This document shows positions 42,623 to 54,486 of a stretch of 64,000 nucleotides of DNA, in pieces. The notes beneath the pieces are model-generated. The model was not told the origin of the DNA. It ran no database searches and worked only from the letters and a program-made list of their open reading frames with translations. The DNA is from Octopus vulgaris (taxonomy: Eukaryota). The stretch lies in NCBI GenBank assembly GCA_951406725.2, contig OX597822.1:16554001-16618000 (forward strand), written 5' to 3'. Position 1 is the first letter of the stretch. Every line of letters begins with the position of its first letter. A program made the translations under genes and the position numbers.

Positions 42623-44758
42623 TATTTTATATAATTTGCCACTAGGGCAGCACACAGAGTAGTAGCTACGGGCTGGACAAGGACATTAATGGATGATGGT
42701 GGTGGTGGATGAAGATGGTGATGGGAGAAGTCGAAAGCGCCCGCCGACCATCGCTTCTCTAAAACAATGTTTCAATAAATACATTTAATAAAATGTTCAC
42801 AATGATTCAAATTACATATTTCAGAGGAGGCAACAAACCTCCTCTTCAACATGTTTAAAAATGTTCAAAACGTTCACAATGATTCAAATTACATATTTTA
42901 GAGGAGGCAATAACCCTCCTCTTCAACATGTTTAAAAAATGTTCAACAATTCTCCTCGTCAGGTCCCCGAAGCAAATTGTCTTGCCGCCTGCAGACAACT
43001 CTGCGACGACAAGTCGGGGCCTGCAAAGAGAAAAGTAAAATCTTTCCTCTCAAAGGTCTCTGCGACCCTTGACAAAATATCTTCCGTTACTTTTTCCGCA
43101 GCTACCCGCGGAGGCCATAACGGACTCCTTGAGCCGACCGTGCCCTTGCGTTCTCGGTCACCCAAGCCATTCAAAAATCTTTCCACCTCTTCTCCCTTGT
43201 GGTAAAGGAGGAGAAGCATCTCCTCTTCACAGGAAGGGACCTCACACTGCTCCGTCAGTGGCACACTTCCTACTGGCGGAGCCTTGTCCGCGGGTGGCAC
43301 ACATCCCACCCGCGGCTCCGTCGGCGACACAGAAACGTCAGTCGTCCGACCTCTCCTTTTTCTCCTCCTTCTTTTGGGGGAGACTGCTGACCCAGGGGAC
43401 TCCGTCACCAGACACGGGGGATTGCTATCCCCCTCCGCCACCTGAGCGTTCTTTGGCGGGCAACCATTGTTGCTCGCTTGTCTCTTTCTTTTCGTGGAGG
43501 CAACCTCTTCCACGACTTCCACCGTCTCCCCCTCCAATGAGGGGGCGGCGGGCGCCTTTTCCCCTTTCTGCTCCGGGGCACCACCACAACCCCCGGGACA
43601 ATTCTTCCTGATATGTCCGGGCTTCAGGCACAGGTGACACTTGGGTGGGGGGCGACCCTCGAGTATCACCGGGTACCTGTGCCCAGCCATTCTCAGGAAG
43701 TCCGGGAATTTCATTTCTCCCACGGCCACCGGTGCCCACAGGGTCAAAGTTGCCTTTGACCCCTCCCAGGCGACCGCGGGAGCCATTTTCACACTCAGTA
43801 GTCTGGGTCCGCTATCCCCCAGGTCTCGCCGGATGATCTTCTCGATCCATTCCGCCTCCGTTCCCGGGGGCAGCCCACACACCCAGGCTCTTTTTACCTT
43901 TCTGCCACAATACGAGGGGAGGAACAAAATTTCCTCTCCCTCCAGTGGCTCGCTAGCAAATCTGCTAGCTTCCTCGGGGGTATCAAATAGCAACCACACC
44001 GTTGCAAATTTAGTCCCCCGAGAAATAAACTTTATAGTTGGCAGGTGGTCCCCCAACTCTCTCTCTATAGTAATCCTGTCGAAGAGGGCGATGGCTCCAC
44101 GCGACCTAGAATAGGTTCGTAGGACCACCGTCCTCCTCTCAAGACCTTCAACCCACTGCTTGGGCGGGACAACCTCCCACTCCAAAGCAGTGGTTTCTTT
44201 CGTTGCCATGACTTTAAATGAAAAGAGAAAAAGAGTTCAATCAAAAGTTCAAAGTTCTAAATAAAAGTCCAATAAAAAACACAATGAAAGAACAGAAAGA
44301 CAGAGCAGAGAAAAGAACGAAGGAAGACAGTTCAGTCAATGGCAACACAGTTCTGCAACTCTGGTAATCCTAACGAAACAGGGTACTCCAGTCGCAGCAC
44401 AATTGGTCCTTTCAGCCTTGGTACTCCGTGGTAAATCCAGTGGAAAACACAAGCAAACAAATTAATTTTTGCGGAGGGGCTACGCCTCCTCAAAAAGCAC
44501 AATTCTCACTAAAGAGTGAGACCTTAGACACGACAACAGGCAGAGAAATATATCTGAAGCAAAGTGAAGTCTATTAACCGCAAAAAAATATTAATGCTAG
44601 ATAACGTTAACTGCTAAATAACATTAAGCAAGCAATAAACTTCACTATGCCTCTAAAAATACAGAACGTCTTACCTGTCGCCGAGTCAAAAGTTCAACAT
44701 TTCACGTTCAAACACGTGACATTTGCCGGAGCAAAAAACAACACGTCTGTCTGGTAAG
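42623..44758 (-). mobile_element. ORF1-only retroelement copy E2 (intact ORF)
   Basis: Lies between target repeats aagctactt; ~550 nt 5' UTR, 1251 nt ORF, ~335 nt 3' UTR. Confidence 0.88.
42959..44209 (-). CDS. 416 aa Tx1/L1-type ORF1-like nucleic-acid-binding protein (RRM-like regions, CX2CX4HX4C knuckle, basic linker, unknown C-terminal domain)
   Basis: Open 416 aa ORF; CHLCLKPGHIRKNC; RAWVCGLPPG RNP2-like; homologous to E1 and E3. Confidence 0.85.
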   Translation of the reverse strand: MATKETTALEWEVVPPKQWVEGLERRTVVLRTYSRSRGAIALFDRITIERELGDHLPTIKFISRGTKFATVWLLFDTPEEASRFASEPLEGEEILFLPSYCGRKVKRAWVCGLPPGTEAEWIEKIIRRDLGDSGPRLLSVKMAPAVAWEGSKATLTLWAPVAVGEMKFPDFLRMAGHRYPVILEGRPPPKCHLCLKPGHIRKNCPGGCGGAPEQKGEKAPAAPSLEGETVEVVEEVASTKRKRQASNNGCPPKNAQVAEGDSNPPCLVTESPGSAVSPKRRRRKRRGRTTDVSVSPTEPRVGCVPPADKAPPVGSVPLTEQCEVPSCEEEMLLLLYHKGEEVERFLNGLGDRERKGTVGSRSPLWPPRVAAEKVTEDILSRVAETFERKDFTFLFAGPDLSSQSCLQAARQFASGT

Positions 44759-44767
44759 AAGCTACTT

Positions 44768-46964
44768 TATTTCAAAACATTTGCCATAAAGGCAGTACAC
44801 AGATTAAGTTAGCTTTGCGGGCTGGACGAGGACATTAATGAGGTGAATGATAATGAAAGAAAGATGATAAGGATGGGAGAAGACAGAAAGCGCCCGCCGA
44901 CTTTTGCTTCTCTAAAACATTGTTCTTTTTAAAAAAGATTAACACAAAACGAGATATTAAACCTCTTACAATTTTTCCAATTTTGGGCTTAGCAGTCCAT
45001 TATTAATACAAAACGAGGTATTAATCCTCTTACAATTTTTCAATTTTTGGACTTAAGTCCATTACTAATAATACATATCGTCCTCGAAATAGCTTGTGCC
45101 CGCGCCCTCCACCATGCCTCCCTCAGAACGTAGTCAAGTTCCGAGTTCGCGTCGCCCGGGACCAAGTTATAGTCTTCATTGAGCTCCTTTAGCCCTAGCG
45201 TCACGTCGAACGCCACGGCCTCCACAGCTACCTGCGGAGGCCATTCGGGGTCCTGTGTGAAGGCTAAAGGTGCTCCCTTGTAGTGCTCTTCCATCACTTT
45301 TTCAATTTCTCCTCCTCTATAGAAGAGGACCAATACATTCAGTTCTTTCGTTGGCGGCACAGTTTCCGCCAACGGTATTCCTTCTCTTGTCGGTGGCACA
45401 ACCCCAACCGACGTAGTTCCGCGACATTCCGGTGCCACACTGACAGCCGGCAACGTCCCGTTTTTCTTCCTCTTTTTTTTTTTTTTCCCTTTTCAACTGA
45501 GGGAGGGTGCGTCTCCTCCGTGGCTGGAAGATTCGCCCTCCTCTCCTCATCCCTATTATCCTTTGGTGAGCACCCATTGTTGCTCACCTTCCTCTTTCGG
45601 CCTCTGTTTGAGGAGTCCTCTGCTTTCTCGGCCGTTATCGTTCCCTCTTCTAGAGGGGTTTTACTTAACTGTTCCGGGATCCTATTTTGTTCCCGAGGAC
45701 AGTTCTTCTTTATGTGGCCGGACTCCAAGCACCGATGACACTTAGGGGGGCGACCCTCAAGCATCACCGGGTACCTGCACCCGGCCATTTTCAAAACATC
45801 TGGAAAAACCAGATTGGCTGATTGGGTCCACAGGGTCAAAACTGCTTTCGAGCCAACCCAAGCAGCCGCAGGAAGAACTTTTACATTGAGGAGCTTAGTT
45901 TCGCTGTCACCCAGACCCCGGCGGATAGTCTCCTCTATCCACTCGGGTTCTATGTCGGGTGGCAGTCCGCAGATCCAGGCTTTCATCAATTTCTTTTTTT
46001 TGTAAGTGGGCAGGAATAAGATTTCCTTACCCTCCAAGGGTTCGCTAGCAAATTTGCAAGCCTCTTCAGGGGTGTCAAACAGCAACCACACCGTTCCATA
46101 TTTGACACCCCTGGAAATGAATTTAATTGTTGGCAAATACTCCTCCAACTCCTCCTCAATTGCCGTCTTTTCGAATAGGGCGATGGTGTCAAGTGCCTTG
46201 GAGTAGGTTCTCAACACCACCGTCCTATCTTCACGGTCCTTCAACCACTTTTTGGGTGGTATGATTTCCCACTCCAAAACTTTGTTATTTTTCATTGCCA
46301 TGTTTTTTAAAAAAATATATTCAAATTAGACTCAAAAGCAGGAAGAAAAAAGTTCAAAAGTCTAAATAAATTTGATAGATTTTTGAAAAAACAAAAAGGA
46401 GAAAGCACAACAGAAGGGAAGAAATTAACGGAAAGTCGCAATAAAGAAAAAACAAAGGGGGGGGGGGGGTTAAATGAAGTTCAAAAGAAAGTTAATAAAC
46501 AGAAAAAACACAGCAAAAATATTCTGGCCTTGCGGTACTCCCGGCCTGGGTTGAACCTGGAACACCGCAACTGCAACACAACCTCCACAAAAATGGGTCC
46601 GAAAGGTAATCCAATAGTGGCTTACTTTTATAATTTTCTTGCGAAGTAATAAAACACAAGCAAACAAATTAATTTTTTGCGGAGGGGCTACGCCTCCTCA
46701 AAAAGCACAATTCTCACTAAAGAGTGAGACTTTAGACACGACAACAGGCAGAGAAATATATCTGAAGTAAAGTGAAGTCTATTACCCACAAAAAAATTAA
46801 TGCTAGATAACGTTAACTGCTAAATAACATTAAGCAAGCAATAAACTTCACTATGCTTCTAAAAATACAGAACGTCTTACCTGTCGCCGAGTCAAAAGTT
46901 CAACATTTCACGTTCAAACACGTGACATTTGAAGGAGCAAAAAACAACACGTCTGTCTGGTAAG
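44768..46964 (-). mobile_element. ORF1-only retroelement copy E3
   Basis: Flanked by aagctactt (44759-44767, 46965-46973); conserved 3' tail. Confidence 0.88.
45040..46301 (-). CDS. ~420 aa ORF1-like protein (E3) with one frameshift in a poly-A run near 45480
   Basis: The 45339-46301 ORF (CHRCLESGHIKKNC) continues by homology in the 45040-45453 frame (LFYRGGEIE...WPPQVAVE); 1262 nt, so one base short of a single frame. Confidence 0.75.
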
Positions 46965-46989
46965 AAGCTACTTACCACACAGCCACTCC
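46965..46989 (-). mobile_element. Detached 5' head (A box) of the split SINE
   Basis: aagctacttaccacacagccactcc, identical to 29478-29502. Confidence 0.85.
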
Positions 46990-49100
46990 AGTGACATACT
47001 CTGCATGTAATATATCAGTCCACATTAGACTCTCCATATATCATGAAATGCACCCGTCATAAACCATAGAGAGATTTGGGGTCACGACTGGTAGCGACTA
47101 TGTGGGGTCGCGAGTGGGGTCATGAACCAACTAAAGAGTTACTATGTGGGATCGCGACTGGCAGAGATAACAGCCATGGTGCAATCAAATTATTATACTC
47201 CACCATACTGTCACCTTTATAATATAATTGACATATTTGTTAACAGTCCTCTACAGATTGTTCTTGAAAAAACTTGGGATGCTATAAGATTTAATGCTAG
47301 TGATGGTAACACTGCTGAATCTGAGCCGCATTGGATGGAAGGCTTTATAACAAGACTAACTTATACCAGTTATATTGATTAACCAAGCCAGATAATTTTA
47401 ATACAGCTCAGCAATTACAAATCACATCAAAAGCATTTAGCGATATAGTGATTTAATCCATCCAGTGATGAATGGAAGAGTATACAATATTAAGTCATGA
47501 AAGACGTAGTTTAATAACAAAATACTTTTGTAAAAGATTGCTAGTGTACATCATTGAAGATAAACTTTCAACAGTGACACTGGCTGGCAATAAAAGTAGG
47601 AACATTATTCCCATCACCACTTAAAACTGATGAAGTAAGACGACAGGAAATCCCTGGGAGGCTTACATCAAATAGGATTCAAATAAATGTCTATTAAAAT
47701 TTAATTTACAAAATACAAAACGGTTTTCAAAGGAAGGGGAAAAAACGAAAGTACAAATTAAATTTCTAGTGAAGTGTTTTAATGCTTTTGCTTTCTTCCT
47801 CTCCCGTTTGCCTTCTGGATTTTATGTTTGGTTTGGTTGTGTTTGTTTTTAGTTTTGTTTTCCTACTGCAGGCTGTTGAATATCTTTAAAGGAGATTTTC
47901 ACTGAAATAAGTCAATAAAAAGTAATGAAATCCTGTCAATGGAAGTATCATTTCAATTCTCAATTTGTCAGGAAATGAAAAGTTAAATGAGGAAAAGCTA
48001 AAAATCAGGAGAGAATAAATCTCAATAATGGATGGAAAAAACATTTACTCTTCATATGGATGAGAATCTGTTGAACATAAATGAACGGTTGCTGGAGTCG
48101 GCGTGGCTTAAGGTTTTCACAGAGCTTCCATTAAAATGAAGATGGGATATTTACTTTTATTTCTTATAATGTTTTGTAATTAAATTAAACGTACAGCACT
48201 TTTATCTAATTTGAAAAATAGAATGTATGACTCATGGTAATTTGCGTCACTCGTCTAGAAAGAAATCCGCAATGTGTAAGATTGTTATCAGTGATACAAG
48301 AACGACATTTTCATGTTACATCGTGGTACATAGTTGTGGACACAGGTGGGAAACATTCTTTGATTACCAAAGATGACTCTAATATTAGTTAAGACTGAGA
48401 AATGAAAAACTGAAATAACAATTTTCCATTCGGTTCATCAATTAATATAACGATTTGCTTGATAAAATATTCGAACTTAATTTAATCTACGCGGAATACT
48501 TGAGTATCGATGCGTTTAAATTTATACGACGACAAAGTTTGCTTTCTCTTACGGTAGGTACAAATACTGTTTATATTTAGTGGAAACATAGAGTTGCGTC
48601 CTTCACGCCTTTCTTAATGGAATTATAATTGATAGTAAAGTGAAATATTTTCAAACAAGACTCTAAAACATATCTTGATCTAGAAACATCACCAATTCAC
48701 TGGTGCTTTGCCAGTTATACTAACATGTCACTTCCTAGATATAATTTATCAGCGAAAAATGTTGATATAATCGCAAATTCGGCTCACTACAAGCTTAATA
48801 CTCATTCCAAGGGGGAATGAAATATGTCTAAACAACAGAAAATGTAAATTGTAACGTTTGAATTTATAGAGGAAATATGCTAAAAAATTCGAACTGCTTG
48901 GATGACATGGATATGAAATAAATCGTTCCGTGGAGACACATTCGATATGTCTTGGTCTAGAAACATCTTCTATTTAGATATAGTCGTGAGGGTAAAATGT
49001 TTGTTTCGCAATCCCTCGGATTCAGCTTCGATCACACTTCACAACACCTTCTCCAGTGTCCTCTAGCCTCTGGCTGGCCATTGCCTTGTGAAGCACATGC

Positions 49101-49133
<33 letters not shown>

Positions 49134-50270
49134 TGTGTGTGTGTGTGTATGTGTGTGTATGTGTGTGTGAGTGCCTTTGTGCTTATTTTTGGCTCTCGCC
49201 CTTTGGCAACCAGCGTCGGCTTCTTTGCGCCCCAGTAATCGTACATGAATCTAACCAAATCCTGAGCATTCAAAGTGTTTAGGCATTCTTATGGCTTTAA
49301 TGACAGTTTAATTCACTTCTTCGTAGATCAGAAGCGACAAATCCCGATCCACAAGCTTGGGCGAGAATTATATAAATATAAATATTCATTTTATAAAAAT
49401 CCGATATTATTTTTTTCATTTTTCCAGTGAAGATATGAACACTGTCAAATATTATACAATGAATTAGTTGGGATACCACTACAACAGAATAACAGGATGC
49501 TTTAGAATATTAAATTTCAAAAATCAAATTCTAAACTGCTAAGTAAATTAAGGCGATAACAAAAAAGAATTACACATATATATTCCATGCCGCTTCTTTA
49601 TACCTTAATTTCAAATTCTAGCTTCTAATCTGGCTGGATAGTCTGAATAAATGATTATCTCCCTTCTACTAACTCTCCGCTGGGGATACTCCATGTTCGC
49701 GGTATACAATATCGCTTGCTCATAAACAGAACGAAACACCGAAACTGGCCTGAATTCTTTGCTGCGCCTACAGCTATTCCAATATGTCTTCCAGTCTGCA
49801 GCGACTACTACTGTGACCACTACTGCTAGGTAGTAAAGTTATCAGTCCATCGCCAGCCATTGTGTCTTGCCATTACTGTATGTTTCCTGGAGACTTCAAT
49901 CTGAGACTTGTCATTTCTTAGCTTTCCAAACATCCTAACTTCCTCTTTCATCTTCCATCATATACAAACATCTTATTTTTCGGATCTTTCTTCTTTATTA
50001 TACATTTTTACTGTTTGTTCCTTGATTTTATTTAGTTTTTATGTTACTCATTTAAAAAAAAAAATGTTGTTGCTTCAAGCCAATATATTCACAATCTTTT
50101 TCATCGTAGCAAGCCTTACAGATAATGTGGCCTGAAATCAATTTTTGTTTTCTATCCACATGAAGCCACAAAAATTCCTGATAAAGAATGTATTTATATC
50201 TGAATGACTCCCAGTTTGCTTATATATTTCCTCCAGCCCTGCTTCTCCTCTCTAACTCTCATACATGTGC

Positions 50271-50310
<40 letters not shown>

Positions 50311-50431
50311 GCATACATACACACATACATATTCTTACGTATCTTAACATATATAAATATGTACATGTATGTATATATATATATTTGTATATATGTATTT
50401 ATATATATATATACACATGTATGCATATATA

Positions 50432-50467
<36 letters not shown>

Positions 50468-50719
50468 TGTATATACATATATGTGTGCGTGTGTGTATGT
50501 ATGATAATAATGAGATCGTTGTATATATATATATATGGATTTAAATAGAGAGATATACTTGCGTGTCTGTAAATATCTGTATATAAGTATATCTGTTATA
50601 GAAAGGGGGGAGAGAGAGAGAGAGAGAGCGTTATATGAATGAAAGAGATAAGAAAAGGAAGACTTAAAAGTAATTGGATAGGACAGTTGCCTGGATAGTG
50701 GCTGGACGTAACCAAATTC

Positions 50720-50802
<83 letters not shown>

Positions 50803-50821
50803 ATATATGTATGTATGTATG

Positions 50822-50888
<67 letters not shown>

Positions 50889-51510
50889 CATCCAGTATGG
50901 TCGTAATTGCAGCAAAGTGCTCGGTTTATTAATTGTATTGGTTTAGAGTCTAATTCATAAAATCGAAGGAAAAAAAAGAAGCGTCGTTGAGGACGCAGGA
51001 AGCAACGGTCGCATGAATTATTTAATCAGTCTGTCGGATATATCTTAATCTTCGCTGAGTATATATTACCCCCCGCTGATACTTTCTGCTGACGGTTTGG
51101 CCTATAATGGAACTTTCTTGATTAAGTTTCTCAATATTAGATGTGATTTTGCTTGGAGCGATTTAGTCTAATTAATTTCCGATAAATAGATTATAATAAC
51201 CTTATCATCAGAGAGTAATATTTAATAATGTTGATTCATAAAGTTTAAAATGCACGCATTAGCAGAGTATACACGGAGCGGAAGTTATCCAACATGACAT
51301 GAAATGAATGCGATCATTTCTGCATTTCTCTTTTGTTTGTGGTACTAAAACTTTGCTAACTTCAATAATTTACCGTAAAACCTTACTGGCGATATATTTA
51401 ATAGTATTACGTGACCATATTTCAATATTATACCACTGAGACGGTTTCGATGCGTTTCGTGGGTGTTTTTAACACCACGACGCTAAGATATGCGCAAAGT
51501 TACGGGCGCT

Positions 51511-51925
51511 GCACAGATTGCTGTGTAGTCTTATGATCAGAGGTTTGTTTCCCAATTACATGGTTCCAAGTTCAGTCCAACTGCGTAGCACCTTGGGCAA
51601 GTATTCCCTGCAATAGCTTTCAGTCGGCCAAATCCCTGTGTGTGGATTTTGCAGGCGAAAACTGAAGGAAGCCCGTCGTATGCATATATGTGTGGGGATG
51701 TTTTGTGCCTGTTTGTTCGCCACCGCCGCTTGACAACCGGTATTGGTGTTTAGATCCCTGTAACTTAGTAGATCGGTAAAAGAGTTCGGTAGGATAAGTA
51801 TCGGGTTTTAAAAGAAATAAGTCCTGAAACTGCGACCTGATTCATTCGAGTAAAACTTCTTCAGGGTTGTGCCCCAGCATGGCCTCAGTCGAATGACTGA
51901 AACAAGTAAAAGATAAAAGATAAAA
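51511..51925 (+). mobile_element. SINE family A
   Basis: Head, gcaccttgggcaagt, gaaaactgaaggaagcccgtcg, tail aaagataaaagataaaag. Confidence 0.8.
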
Positions 51926-52019
51926 GTTGCTGGTGAAACTCGAAACTGCGAAACCGGGAACTAAAAAATAATAAATTCTTGGCGATTAATGGACACGTGA
52001 TATTTATTCATTTTGTAAT

Positions 52020-52188
52020 GTACGTTGTGAGTTCAAATTCTGCTGAGGTCGACTTTGCCTTTCATCCTTTTGGGGTCGATAAATTCAGTACTAGTTACGC
52101 ACTGGGGTCGATGTAATCGAGTTAATCCGTTTGTCTGTTCTTGTTTGTCCCCTCTATGTTTAGCCCCTTGTGGGTAGTAAAGAAACAG
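52020..52188 (+). mobile_element. 5'-truncated SINE family B with 21 bp TSD
   Basis: gatatttattcattttgtaat on both sides. Confidence 0.88.
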
Positions 52189-52896
52189 ATATTTATTCAT
52201 TTTGTAATATGAATCAATATTTACGATACACAACTAAGTGGTTAAATGTAGGGCATTACAGATTCGTTACCGTCAGAATTCGTTTCGGAGCGATTTTCTT
52301 CTGGAAATCTTTGAAATTGTAATATTATTTTATGTATCAACAACAAATTATTGTAGAAGAAATAAGACCACTGTAAATGAATATACTTCTCCTTGGTGGC
52401 ACCAATTAAACCTTACTTTTCCTGATTAGTCGTAGTCTAACAAATCTATGAAGAAAGCCCTTCCAGTCATGGCCATCTCGTCATTTGTTTACCAGGAACT
52501 ATATTGTTGGAATTAGCTTTGATTTACGACTGTAAGGTGTGACTTGTGAACGTTTTTCTCTTCATTTTCAGTAGAGTGAGCGACTGTTTGTCTGTCGCAT
52601 TGTGTACCACGTTGTCTTCCATTTAACAATTCCGCTCTTCTCCCTTTTCCCCTTTGACTTAAACTATAGATTTAAAATCTTCAGCGTCATTGGTTTGACC
52701 TAACAGTTTAATTAAGTCCATTAGCAAAACGGTCACTTTTGAAAGCGAAGTCGGTTTTGAATTGTTTAGTCTAGGGAGGCTTATAGATAAAAGGTTTAGC
52801 TACATAAGTACTACAGTATTATTACTAGTACATACTGTACGGGAACGTATTATGGTATTAGGTAATAACGTACAAATGGTATTAGGTAATAATACG

Positions 52897-53059
52897 AGAT
52901 GCTTAACGGTATTTCGTCTGCTGCTACGTTCTAAGTTCAAATTCCGCAGAGGTCGATTTTGCCTTTCATCCTTTCGGGGTCGATATAATCGACTTAATCC
53001 GTTTGCCTGTCCTTATTTGTCCTCTCTGTGTTTAGCCCCCTGTGGGTAGTAAAGAAATA
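52897..53059 (+). mobile_element. 5'-truncated SINE family B
   Basis: Family B body; ggtattaggtaa upstream and downstream. Confidence 0.8.
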
Positions 53060-53641
53060 GGTATTAGGTAAATGAGCACAATTTTGTTTACATGTTAATA
53101 ATTAGTCTTACATTATTTTATCCTCACAAAGTGTTGGAGGTCTGCGAATCCTAATGAGTAATTAATTAAGAATGAAGCCAATCAGTTCGATCATCATTCG
53201 AAGGTGCCTAAAATCCATTATGAACTCAATTTCAAAACAATGTCCCATACATGGCAATATGGATCCAAATAGTAATCTATTCATAATCGAACTGGTACCC
53301 CATTAATTACATTCACAGTTGTCGAAATAAACACTGCAGTTTAATAAAACGCCCGCACGTTCTACGACATTAGACCTGCTTTCTAATGAAAAGCTAAATT
53401 GTTGAGTCGATGTGAAATCTCACTTCCTGCATGTCTAGGGCAGGGAAGAAAACCTTTCCAGTGGTCGGGACAAACTGGAATTGCTTAAAAATCTATGAAG
53501 CGATTATAGTAATATAAGAAAATTAATTCCAATTTTATGTTACGACGAACTTCACCACTGCAACGCAGATTAAATTATTGTTTTGTTCTTAAGAAATGAA
53601 AGGGGTTTTTTTATGGAACGGATTTTTAAAGATTTCCGATA

Positions 53642-53831
53642 CAGGCAAGGCTGTGTGGTTAAGAAGTTTGCTTTACAATGACATGGTTTCAAGTTCAATC
53701 CTACGGCAAAGTAGCTTGGGCAAATGTCTCCTACTTCAGCGCCGTGCCATTAATGCATTAGGAGTGACCTTCGAAGACGGGAACTGTGCATAATCTCACA
53801 CACACATGCACGCACACACGCACGCGCACAC

Positions 53832-53865
<34 letters not shown>

Positions 53866-53977
53866 CACCACCACCACCACCACCACCACCACCACCACCA
53901 TAACCACACACACATACACGCATTCATACAAAGCCATGCAAGCGGATTTGGTTGACAGAAACTGAAAGAAGCCCCTC

Positions 53978-54019
<42 letters not shown>

Positions 54020-54260
54020 TTATGTATGAGTCTCTTTGTGCTTATGTGTGCGTGGGTCTTTGTGTTTGTCCCCCATCACCGCTTAACAACCGATGTCAGT
54101 GTATTTACATCCCCGTAACTTAACGATTCGGCAAAAAGAAGCTGATAGAATAAGTCGGAAACTTTAAAAAGCCAAGTGCTGGGGTCGATTTGTTCGACCA
54201 AAGACAATTCTCCAAGGTGGTGCCCCAGTATGGTCGCAGTTTAATGACTGACACGTTCAA
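53642..54260 (+). mobile_element. SINE family A pieces (head 53642-53790; body and tail 53940-54260) with CA/CAC repeats between
   Basis: Family A motifs. Confidence 0.65.
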
Positions 54261-54486
54261 GAAAAGAGAAATGAAAGAAAGCTATAAATGCGTGTATGTC
54301 TGTCAGTCTGTCTGTGTGTCTGTGTGAGTGTGCGTGTCTGTGTGCGTGCCTGTCTGTGTGTGTTTGCGTGTGTGTGCGTGTGTCTGTCTGTCTGTATGTA
54401 TGTATGTGTGTGTGTGTGTGTATGCACGCGTGTATGTCTGTGTGATTTTGTGTTTGCCTCCTTCACTGCCTGGCAACCGGTATTGG

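Noticed and set aside
43069-44114. Antisense ORFs of 180 and 157 aa
   Set aside because: Shadows of the GC-rich E2 ORF; not conserved in E1 or E3
42959-46301. Host zinc-knuckle gene cluster from tandem duplication
   Set aside because: Units are intronless in the CDS, bounded precisely by TSDs and sit inside a split SINE, which favours retroposition
40382-46973. Recurrent aagctactt motif as a CRISPR-like or LTR repeat
   Set aside because: Spacing is ~2.2 kb, and the motif equals the SINE target sequence (TSD). No LTRs, PBS or pol are present.
53421-53436. cacttcctgcatgtct resembling the Tc1 TIR
   Set aside because: Only about 15 bp, with no partner end or transposase
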